64,000 bases of DNA from NCBI GenBank assembly GCA_036679405.1, contig JAVBVZ010000037.1, positions 18,236-82,235 of the forward strand. Direction: 5' to 3'. Below are positions 56,369-63,885 of the stretch, one piece after another. Source of the DNA: Christensenellaceae bacterium (GTDB lineage: Bacteria > Bacillota > Clostridia > Christensenellales > Christensenellaceae). The translations under genes and the position numbers were made by a program. Positions within the stretch are counted from its first letter, which is position 1. Every line of letters begins with the position of its first letter. Under the pieces are notes generated by a model, which worked only from the letters and a program-made list of their open reading frames with translations, made no database searches and was not told the origin of the DNA.

Positions 56369-56475
56369 TGAAGAAAGTAACAAAAAAAGAAGGCGCAAAA
56401 TGCTGCCAGGCAACGTTTACAACGGCGCAATGCTGTTCTAAATCCTCAAAAATCGTAGCAGGTTGCCACAATTAA
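56368..56475 (+). CDS. 35-aa Cys-rich peptide (not in ORF track), candidate rSAM substrate
   Basis: MKKVTKKEGAKCCQATFTTAQCCSKSSKIVAGCHN. GGAGG is 7 nt upstream, and the ATG overlaps the upstream stop (TAATG). Confidence 0.6.
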   Translation: MKKVTKKEGAKCCQATFTTAQCCSKSSKIVAGCHN

Positions 56476-56521
56476 TTTGCACTCTAAAAAACCTTACGGC
56501 TTTTAGGGTAACCCTGAAAAA

Positions 56522-56546
56522 GGAGGCGGCGCAAAATGCCGCCTCC
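56522..56546 (+). other. GC-rich stem-loop between peptide ORF and rSAM gene
   Basis: GGAGGCGGC-GCAAAAT-GCCGCCTCC (9-bp stem), followed by an A-run rather than a T-run on the plus strand. Confidence 0.65.
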
Positions 56547-56569
56547 AAAAAAATATTTGGGAGAATACA

Positions 56570-58702
56570 ATGATACAGGCAAAAAACAATATCATTATAA
56601 AAATAGAAGAAAAAAATGAATACGCCATTTTAAACCCCGTGTCCGGCAGTTTTGACCTTATGGGGCAAAAAGAATATGATTCTTTGCAAAAAACCGAATC
56701 CCTTCCAAAATCAGACCCTGCGCTTGCAGAATATCTTTTGGAACGCGGTTATGCGTATAACACACCGGATGAACAGGAAATGGCCATTGCCCGTGCATAC
56801 GAAGAATTTCAGAAAGAAACGGCGGCCTCTCCCGTGCAGCTGATGCTGGTACCTACCTACGGATGCAACCTGGCCTGCACGTATTGCTTTCAGCATGGAA
56901 TAGAAGAACAACGCGCCCTTATATCCAAAGATACCGTTGACGCTTTCTTTGCCTACGCCAAAGATAATTTTTCACTGGCCGCGCAAAAGCCGTTTGTCAC
57001 CCTGTTCGGCGGTGAACCGCTGGTAAGCGCGCCTGCCCAAAGGGAAATCATCTCATATATTGTTGATGGATGTGCAAAAGCGGGATATGAAATTGCCGCC
57101 GTGACCAACGGGTACGACTTTGCGGACTATATAGATATTCTTAAAAAAGCAAAAATCAAGGAGATCCAGTTTACCCTGGACGGCAGCCGGCCGGTACATG
57201 ACAGCCGCAGGGCCACCGTCAACCATAAAGGTACGTTTGACCGGGTTGTTGCGGGCATTGAAGCTGCTGTCCAAAACGGAATTCCTGTAAATCTGCGTAC
57301 AGTGGTGGATATCGACAATATTGAAGATCTGGTGAACCTTGCCGAATTTTTGGATAACAAAGGGTGGCTTGACCTTCCGCCCGAATTATTTAAAACCCAA
57401 ATCGGACGAAATTATGAACTTTTTGAGTGCTATGCCAAACCCCAGCACCTGCTGTCCGAGGTTGAACTTTGGAGCCGTATTTCCGCACTCTCAAAAACGC
57501 ATACCATTCTCGCCAAATTTCACCGTCCTGATTTCAAAGGGATACGGCATATTGTAGATACCGGTGAAATGTACATGGCTTCATTTGATACCTGTCCTGC
57601 AGCAAAAACGGAATGGGTTTTTGACCTTCACGGAAAAATATACGGTTGTACCGCAAGCTGCGGACGTGAAGAGTATCTGCTGGGCACCTATTGGCCCAAA
57701 GTACAGCTGAACAAAGAAGTGATTGAAAGCTGGCAATGCCGGGATGTGCATTCGATCGCAGCATGCAAAGACTGTAAATACGACGTGATCTGCGGAGGCG
57801 GCTGCGGAGTGGTAGCAGCCAATCATCATGGTGGAGACCCTCTGACGCCGGACTGCCGTCCTATTCAGGAACTTCTTGAAATCGGTGTCAACCATTACAG
57901 CGAAGACCTTACTTCCATGGCCGAGGGAACCGCTCCCACTGAAATCCCGTCTTGCGACTGTGGCGCCTCTGCGGCCCATACATCCGGGTGTGCAATCTGC
58001 GGAAAAGAACTGGTTTATTCAGATACGCCCGCCGAACAGGTCTGCATGATCTGCGGAAAAAAGCAACGCGCATATATCTCCTGCCCCTCCGGACATTACG
58101 TATGTGACGAATGTCACGGCGCGGATATTATAACGCAGGCACAGAATCTTTTGGCGGCAAGCCGGGACCAAGATCCCGTCAGCCTTGCACAAAAGGTGTT
58201 CTCGCTGCCCGCTCTTAAAATGCATGGTCCGGAATACCACAGCCTGGTGCCTGCCATTTTGGTTACAGCCGCACAAAACGCCTCCGGGGAAAAGAACATC
58301 CCGCAAATTGCGGAAGCGCTCTCGCGCGGCCGCGACTTTAAGGGAGGAAGCTGTGGCCTGTACGGCGTATGCGGCGCAGCCGCGGGCGCAGGGATCGCTT
58401 ATTCCGTTTTAAGCCGCGCCACCTCCATGAAAGGACGGGAACGCAGCGGCGCGAACGAAATTGCCGGCAAGGCACTGATTGCAATCAGCGCGAATGTCGG
58501 CCCAAGATGCTGCAAACGCGAAGCCGTTACTACCATCCAATCATTCGCCCAAAGCACGCCGTATTTTGAAGATGTGCAAATAACAGATTATGTCTGCAGC
58601 CAATCAGCGCAAAACAGGGACTGTATCGGCACAGCCTGCCCTTTCTTTCAGGCAGTATCTGCCGCCGTTTCCCAAGAAGATGCCTTGAAAGCCGCAGTCT
58701 GA
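56570..58702 (+). CDS. radical SAM/SPASM enzyme with N-terminal peptide-binding-like extension and C-terminal Cys-rich domain
   Basis: C99-x3-C103-x2-C106 (CNLACTYC). SPASM: C342-x13-G-x4-C360 and C399-x2-C-x5-C-x3-C412. Residues ~455-710 carry 16 further Cys, including CxxC pairs and GVCGAAAGAG. Confidence 0.85.
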   Translation: MIQAKNNIIIKIEEKNEYAILNPVSGSFDLMGQKEYDSLQKTESLPKSDPALAEYLLERGYAYNTPDEQEMAIARAYEEFQKETAASPVQLMLVPTYGCNLACTYCFQHGIEEQRALISKDTVDAFFAYAKDNFSLAAQKPFVTLFGGEPLVSAPAQREIISYIVDGCAKAGYEIAAVTNGYDFADYIDILKKAKIKEIQFTLDGSRPVHDSRRATVNHKGTFDRVVAGIEAAVQNGIPVNLRTVVDIDNIEDLVNLAEFLDNKGWLDLPPELFKTQIGRNYELFECYAKPQHLLSEVELWSRISALSKTHTILAKFHRPDFKGIRHIVDTGEMYMASFDTCPAAKTEWVFDLHGKIYGCTASCGREEYLLGTYWPKVQLNKEVIESWQCRDVHSIAACKDCKYDVICGGGCGVVAANHHGGDPLTPDCRPIQELLEIGVNHYSEDLTSMAEGTAPTEIPSCDCGASAAHTSGCAICGKELVYSDTPAEQVCMICGKKQRAYISCPSGHYVCDECHGADIITQAQNLLAASRDQDPVSLAQKVFSLPALKMHGPEYHSLVPAILVTAAQNASGEKNIPQIAEALSRGRDFKGGSCGLYGVCGAAAGAGIAYSVLSRATSMKGRERSGANEIAGKALIAISANVGPRCCKREAVTTIQSFAQSTPYFEDVQITDYVCSQSAQNRDCIGTACPFFQAVSAAVSQEDALKAAV

Positions 58703-58732
58703 AATATTTAAGATAAAGAAAGGATCAAAACT

Positions 58733-60013
58733 ATGAGCGACAAAATCACCTATATAGACGGCGCAGAATTTGAAAACGCCGTCCTGAAATCCAATCTTCC
58801 GGTTATTGTGGATTTTTTTTCAGACGAATGCCCTCCCTGCGAAGTGCTTGCGCCTATTTTTGAAAAAATGGCCGAAAAATACGGAGAGCATATCCGGTTC
58901 ATAAAAATCAAGCGGGAAGAAAATAAGGAATTCGCCAAATCCCTGAATGTTTCAGGCAGTCCGACCGTCCTGTTTTTCAAAAACGGCCGGGAGATCGGCT
59001 CACGCCTCAGCGGATTTATGTCCAAACCGCAGGTGCGGCAGGCTATTGAGGATATTTTGGGCGACATTCTTCCCAAAGAACCCATTTCACGCATTGATTG
59101 CGACGTCCTCATTCTGGGCGCCGGCGCAGCCGGCCTCTCTGCTGCAATTTATGCCGCCCGCGCAAAGATGAACACCGTGATCGTAGATGAAAGCGTTCCG
59201 GGCGGCCAAACCGCCTCCACCTACCACATCGCAAACTATCCCGGCACTCCGGGCATGGTGCGCGGCCGGGAAATTATAGAAAACATGCGCAAGCAGGCTC
59301 TTTCCTTTGGCACACGGATAGACGACCTGAAAGAAATTGCAAAAGTAGACCTGAAAAGCAAAATTAAATATGTACTGACCGAAGACACGGAATACTATTC
59401 CAAATCCGTTATTATCGCTTCCGGCGCCAAGCCGCGCGCGCTGCCCGCAATGGGCGCCGACGAATGCAAAGGCCGCGGCGTTCATTACTGCGCTACCTGC
59501 GACGGTTCCATGTATCAGGATCGGTGTATCGTTGTAGTCGGCGGCGGAAATTCTGCGGTGGAAGAAGCCGTATTTTTAAGTAAATACGCAAAAGAACTAA
59601 CGCTAATTCATCAGTTCGATAATTTTCAGGCCTCACAAACCGCACAGGAAGCCCTCTTCAACAACCCAAAAATCAAAGTGGTCTGGGATTCGGAAGTCCG
59701 TAAAGTCAACGGCATAGGGCACGCTCTGGACAGCGTTGAAATAGAGAATATAAAAACAAAAGAATGTTCTGTCCTTCCTACCGAAGGCGCGTTTGTTTAC
59801 ATCGGCACCCAGCCCATGTCGGATATGTTTGCCGGTCAGGTTGAACTGGACAAATACGGTTATGTGAAGGCGTCCGAAGATACACAGACAAATCTTGAGG
59901 GCGTATTCGCTGCCGGCGATATCCGCACCAAACCCATTCGCCAGGTTGTTACCGCCGCTTCAGACGGCGCCGTTGCAGGGATTATGGCAGAACGGTATGT
60001 AGCCGGACTGTAA
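58733..60013 (+). CDS. thioredoxin(CPPC)::thioredoxin-reductase-like flavoprotein fusion
   Basis: N-terminal Trx fold VIVDFFSDECPPCE. Then GAGAAGLSAAIYAAR, redox CATC, GGGNSAVEEA and GDIR. HQFDNFQ sits where HRRxxxR is expected. Confidence 0.85.
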   Translation: MSDKITYIDGAEFENAVLKSNLPVIVDFFSDECPPCEVLAPIFEKMAEKYGEHIRFIKIKREENKEFAKSLNVSGSPTVLFFKNGREIGSRLSGFMSKPQVRQAIEDILGDILPKEPISRIDCDVLILGAGAAGLSAAIYAARAKMNTVIVDESVPGGQTASTYHIANYPGTPGMVRGREIIENMRKQALSFGTRIDDLKEIAKVDLKSKIKYVLTEDTEYYSKSVIIASGAKPRALPAMGADECKGRGVHYCATCDGSMYQDRCIVVVGGGNSAVEEAVFLSKYAKELTLIHQFDNFQASQTAQEALFNNPKIKVVWDSEVRKVNGIGHALDSVEIENIKTKECSVLPTEGAFVYIGTQPMSDMFAGQVELDKYGYVKASEDTQTNLEGVFAAGDIRTKPIRQVVTAASDGAVAGIMAERYVAGL

Positions 60014-60060
60014 GAGGACCCCTTCTTTTAATCCCGGGCAGCCTTAAAAGCTGTCCAATA

Positions 60061-60087
60061 AAAAAGGAGCAAAAGCTCCTTTTTTTA
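60061..60087. terminator. bidirectional terminator between convergent operon and repressor gene
   Basis: AAAAAGGAGC-AAAA-GCTCCTTTTT. Confidence 0.8.
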
Positions 60088-60135
60088 TTGGAAAAATCCA
60101 AAAATTATACCGATTAAAAAATTCTTTTTATCGTA

Positions 60136-60420
60136 TCACTCTGAAAATTTCATAAAACTTTTCATTGCATTTGCAAAATCCGCCAGGGATTTATCTTTAT
60201 CATCACTTAAAGCCGCGTTCTGAATACACGTCATCGAATATTTTTCCAGTATCAGGCTGCCCACCTTCCCTATGGCTGCGCGGACTGCCGAAACCTGCGT
60301 CAGAATATCTATACACGTTTTGTCGTCACCTATCATCCTTTGAATCCCCTTGACCTGCCCTTCAATGCGCCGCAGACGCCGCAAGAGGTCTTCTTTGGTT
60401 TCCAAGCTTTGTTTATCCAC
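60136..60420 (-). CDS. CsoR/RcnR/CstR-family (DUF156) transcriptional repressor
   Basis: LLRRLRRIEGQVKGIQRMI...CIDILTQVSAV. GTG start with GGGAGG RBS. Cys36, Tyr61, Cys65. Confidence 0.85.
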   Translation of the reverse strand: MDKQSLETKEDLLRRLRRIEGQVKGIQRMIGDDKTCIDILTQVSAVRAAIGKVGSLILEKYSMTCIQNAALSDDKDKSLADFANAMKSFMKFSE

Positions 60421-60433
60421 TTTGTCTCACCTC

Positions 60434-60454
60434 CCATACCACACAGGGGTATAT
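60434..60454. promoter_or_regulatory. operator-like box in the repressor's own promoter
   Basis: Minus strand ATATACCCC-TGT-GTGGTATGG. One arm is identical to the 55676 box and the other matches 6 of 9. Sits 4 nt downstream of the -10. Confidence 0.5.
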
Positions 60455-60458
60455 GTTT

Positions 60459-60487
60459 ATTATATACAAAACATACTTTCAAATCAA
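60459..60487 (-). promoter_or_regulatory. promoter of the CsoR-family gene
   Basis: Minus strand TTGATT-17 nt-TATAAT. Confidence 0.6.
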
Positions 60488-60546
60488 CCGTTCCTCCCTT
60501 TTGCACATGTCTTTAATCAGCAAAATCACACCCAAACTCCGTCCTG

Positions 60547-60585
60547 AAAAAAAAGCGCCCGCAGAAATATCTGCGGACGCTTTTT
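60547..60585 (-). terminator. rubredoxin terminator
   Basis: Stem AGCGcCCGCAG/CTGCGGaCGCT with an 8-A/T run. Confidence 0.7.
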
Positions 60586-60606
60586 GCTTCTTAAAATGAA
60601 GTCCTG

Positions 60607-60768
60607 TTATTCCGTAGGCTCAAACTGATCTTTGTCCGCAAAACAAACCGGGCAGGTCCAGTCTTCGGGCAGCTTTTCAAAAGGCGTGCCCGCCTCTATC
60701 CCGTTATCCGGATCTCCTTCGGCTGGATCATAGACATAACCACATGGCACACAAACATATTTTTGCAT
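60607..60768 (-). CDS. rubredoxin (53 aa, not in ORF track)
   Basis: [53 protein letters not shown], with CxxCG and CPxC motifs. AAGGAGG RBS. Confidence 0.9.
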   Translation of the reverse strand: MQKYVCVPCGYVYDPAEGDPDNGIEAGTPFEKLPEDWTCPVCFADKDQFEPTE

Positions 60769-60789
60769 CTTATTTTCCTCCTTGATTTT

Positions 60790-61110
60790 CTATACCATTT
60801 TTGAAGGAGACGGCGCCTTCACAATAATAAGCTCGAGCGCTGTATTTCCTTCATTTCTGACGTTCATTTTTGTTTTATACGGAATCGCAAGGACACTCCC
60901 CGCTTCATATGTATGGATTTCCTGGCTTCCAAGCCCTATATAAAGAGTTCCACGCACCACCGTCATATACACGTTTGAATTGGAATCATGCAGTGGAAAA
61001 CCATCTCCCGGTTCAAAAACAACATGGATATATTGTATGTTTTCATCCAAAATAAGCTTGTCGACCGCTTTTTTATCACCCAAGGTGTAATGGAAAACTT
61101 TTTCAATCAT
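60790..61110 (-). CDS. cupin domain protein
   Basis: 106 aa; GDGFPLHDSNSNVYMTVVRG cupin-like core. Upstream of rubredoxin on the same strand. Confidence 0.6.
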   Translation of the reverse strand: MIEKVFHYTLGDKKAVDKLILDENIQYIHVVFEPGDGFPLHDSNSNVYMTVVRGTLYIGLGSQEIHTYEAGSVLAIPYKTKMNVRNEGNTALELIIVKAPSPSKMV

Positions 61111-61193
61111 ATGCAGTGCCTCTTTCTTTCATATTTATTATATATACACCGCAGCGCGCTTCATAAAACCATGGATGCTTTTTTATTTTTTAC

Positions 61194-61234
61194 AAAAAAA
61201 GGCGGGGCGCACCGCCCCGCCTGTGTCTTTTTTT
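61194..61234 (-). terminator. terminator of the sugar ABC operon
   Basis: Stem GGCGGGGCG/CGCCCCGCC with a 3-nt loop and a 7-nt T-run on the minus strand. Confidence 0.8.
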
Positions 61235-62213
61235 ACCGGCTTTTAGAGCCCATATTACTCACAAACACCGCACCTACGATAATTGCCCCAAGGACAATAT
61301 ACTGATAGAAGGATGCCACGTTCAAAAGATTAAGCGAGTTTGAAATCACACCGATCAACACGGTTCCCAAAAAGACGCCCCAGATGCTTCCGCGGCCGCC
61401 GGCCATGGAAACACCGCCGATAACGGCAGCAGCAATCGCCTGCATCAGGAGGGAATCTCCCATTACCGAGTTGCCCGAACTCAAACGGGACAAAAGGATC
61501 ATCGCGGCAACGCCCAGAAGGCCGCCGTTCAGCATGTACACGTAAATCTTGTTCCTTTTGATTTTAATACCGGACAAATAAGCGGCTTCGGTATTATTGC
61601 CGATTGCATAGGCTCTCCGTCCAAACTTGGTAAACTTCAGTACCAGGAACATGATCACAAAAATCGAAATCAGAAAAATTACGGGAATCGGAACCACTTC
61701 AAGGACTTTGTCACGTCCAAAAGTAAAATCAGAAGCCGCCGGCAGATTCTGCCCGCCGGTTACCAGCAGCGTAAATCCCTGATAAACGCTCATCATTCCC
61801 AGCGTGATAATGAACGGTTCCGCTTTGCTCAAGACGATCAGCGTTCCATTCAATGCACCGCATCCAATGGCGACCACAAGGCCTACAATAACGGCAAATT
61901 CCATACTGTATCCAAGCCCCATCAGAGCAGCTGTTGAACAGCCCGCAAAAGATATTACGTTGCCCAAAGTTAAATCAATGCCGCCGGATATCATAACCAC
62001 CGCAGCACCTGCCGCAGCAATCCCCAACGCAGTGATCTGCGTTAAGATATTCATAATGTTTTTTGTCTGATAAAACCGGTCGGTAGCAATACACATGACA
62101 ACAATGATTGCCGCCAGTGCGATACCCAGGAGCAAGATCTGTGATTTTGACTTGTTCCTTAAAATATTTTGAAATCCTCTTGTAGAATTAATTGAACACG
62201 CTTTTTCGCTCAT
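61233..62213 (-). CDS. sugar ABC transporter permease (RbsC/BPD_transp_2 type)
   Basis: 10-TM profile; GGIDLTLGNVISFAG motif. Confidence 0.85.
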   Translation of the reverse strand: MSEKACSINSTRGFQNILRNKSKSQILLLGIALAAIIVVMCIATDRFYQTKNIMNILTQITALGIAAAGAAVVMISGGIDLTLGNVISFAGCSTAALMGLGYSMEFAVIVGLVVAIGCGALNGTLIVLSKAEPFIITLGMMSVYQGFTLLVTGGQNLPAASDFTFGRDKVLEVVPIPVIFLISIFVIMFLVLKFTKFGRRAYAIGNNTEAAYLSGIKIKRNKIYVYMLNGGLLGVAAMILLSRLSSGNSVMGDSLLMQAIAAAVIGGVSMAGGRGSIWGVFLGTVLIGVISNSLNLLNVASFYQYIVLGAIIVGAVFVSNMGSKSR

Positions 62214-62217
62214 GTTT

Positions 62218-63717
62218 TTATCCCCCTATCGATACGGCTATAATAGATTCTTCGTTTATTTCAGGACCGGACAGTTCTGCGACCAGCTTTTTGTCTTTCA
62301 TGACCGCTACTCTGTCACTCATCGCAATAAGTTCAGGCATATCAGAGGATATCATGATGATGAACTTCCCCATCTTTGCGAGTTCCAACATCAGTTTATA
62401 AACATCTTCTTTCGCACCAATGTCGATTCCTTTAGTCGGCTCGTCAAAGATGATCACATCTGCATCTGTATGCATCCATTTTGCCAAAACTACTTTTTGC
62501 TGATTGCCGCCCGAAAGGTATTTGATTTCCTGATCGGGGCCTTGCGTCTTGATTTGTATTTTATCAATATAATCGCTTAAAACTTTATTCTCTCTCTGTT
62601 GGTGCAGCAGCATACCCTTGTTCTTATTGATCGCCGCCGAAACAAAATTCCAGCCCACGCTGTGGTCCAAAAACATTCCCGTTAATTGCCGGTCTTCGGT
62701 AATGAGGCAAATTCCGTTTTTGATTGCGGTATACGGATCTTTGGCGGTCACTTCTCTTCCGTCGATCCACACGCTTCCGCAATCCGGCCGTACCGCACCA
62801 AAAATAAGATTTGCAAGCTCGGAGCGCCCGGAACCAACCATTCCGCCAAAACCCAGAATTTCTCCCCGCCGCATCTTAAAGGACGTCTTTTCCAAATAGC
62901 CTTTCTTATAAAGGTCTTTCACTTCAAAGATCCCGTCGCCTTTTTCCACTTCGGAACGGTTAAAGAACATTCCCATATCCCGGCCGACCATGTCCTGAAG
63001 CAGACATTGTTCGTTCACTTCATCCCGTGAGTAACACGAAATTTTCTGTCCGTCCCGCAGTACGGTCACACGGTCCGCCAGTTCAAACACTTCATCTAAA
63101 TGATGGGAGATGTAAATCACACCGATCCCTTTGGCCGCCACCTTTTTTACCAGCTTCAAGAGACTGGTTTTTTCCCGCTTTCCATAAGAAGCGGTCGGCT
63201 CATCCAGTATCAGCACTTTAGCCTCCTGTGCCAGGGCCCTTGCAATCTGAACCGCTTGCCGCTCAGTAATATCAAGATCCCCCAGCCGCGCAGCCGGATC
63301 AATATCAACTTCCGTATCCTTTAATATTTCCGCAGCTTTTTTCATGAGTTTTTTATAACTCATGAAACCGGTCTTATTGGTCACGTAATCGCCCATGAAA
63401 ACGTTTTCCGCCACGGTCAGATCATGCATCAGGAACTGATTCTGATAGATTGTCTGCACGCCCATTTTTTTCAGGACATCCGGGTTAAAATGCTTTACTT
63501 CTTTTCCATTAATGAAAACCCTGCCGGAATCGGGGACATATGCGCCGGACAATATCTTGATAAACGTGGATTTACCCGCGCCGTTTTCGCCGACCAGGCA
63601 ATGAATCTCGCCTTCCAGCAAATCGAAGGATACGTCATTAAACACCGTTATGCCCGAGAAGCACTTGCTGACACCTTCAACATGAACCACGACCCGAGGA
63701 TTTTTTTTATTCATCAT
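62218..63717 (-). CDS. sugar ABC transporter ATP-binding protein (duplicated ABC domains)
   Basis: GENGAGKST; LDEPTASY; second half LSGGNQQKVVLAKW, FDEPTKGID. Confidence 0.9.
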   Translation of the reverse strand: MMNKKNPRVVVHVEGVSKCFSGITVFNDVSFDLLEGEIHCLVGENGAGKSTFIKILSGAYVPDSGRVFINGKEVKHFNPDVLKKMGVQTIYQNQFLMHDLTVAENVFMGDYVTNKTGFMSYKKLMKKAAEILKDTEVDIDPAARLGDLDITERQAVQIARALAQEAKVLILDEPTASYGKREKTSLLKLVKKVAAKGIGVIYISHHLDEVFELADRVTVLRDGQKISCYSRDEVNEQCLLQDMVGRDMGMFFNRSEVEKGDGIFEVKDLYKKGYLEKTSFKMRRGEILGFGGMVGSGRSELANLIFGAVRPDCGSVWIDGREVTAKDPYTAIKNGICLITEDRQLTGMFLDHSVGWNFVSAAINKNKGMLLHQQRENKVLSDYIDKIQIKTQGPDQEIKYLSGGNQQKVVLAKWMHTDADVIIFDEPTKGIDIGAKEDVYKLMLELAKMGKFIIMISSDMPELIAMSDRVAVMKDKKLVAELSGPEINEESIIAVSIGG

Positions 63718-63885
63718 GTAAACTCCTCATTCCTTTTCTATAATGTATTGAACTTCATTTGGGCAAAAGTATATATATTTGCAATATACACTGAAAATTC
63801 ATTGATTATTATATACATTTACCCGCAAAAATGTCTTTCGATATAGTATAGAAATAAACTTTTTTGTTTGTTTGACTCAAATAAA

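Noticed and set aside
56522-56546. Considered calling the GC hairpin after the 35-aa ORF a plus-strand terminator
   Set aside because: It is followed by an A-run, not a T-run, on the plus strand. It is listed only as a stem-loop, possibly for RNA stability or processing.
55730-60013. Considered an arsenic resistance/methylation (ars) operon because of the ArsM-like methyltransferase
   Set aside because: No arsR, arsB/acr3, arsC or arsD genes are present. The regulator is DUF156/CsoR-type, and the partners are an rSAM/SPASM enzyme and a Trx system. The ArsS-type arsenosugar rSAM is not SPASM-type, as far as I recall.
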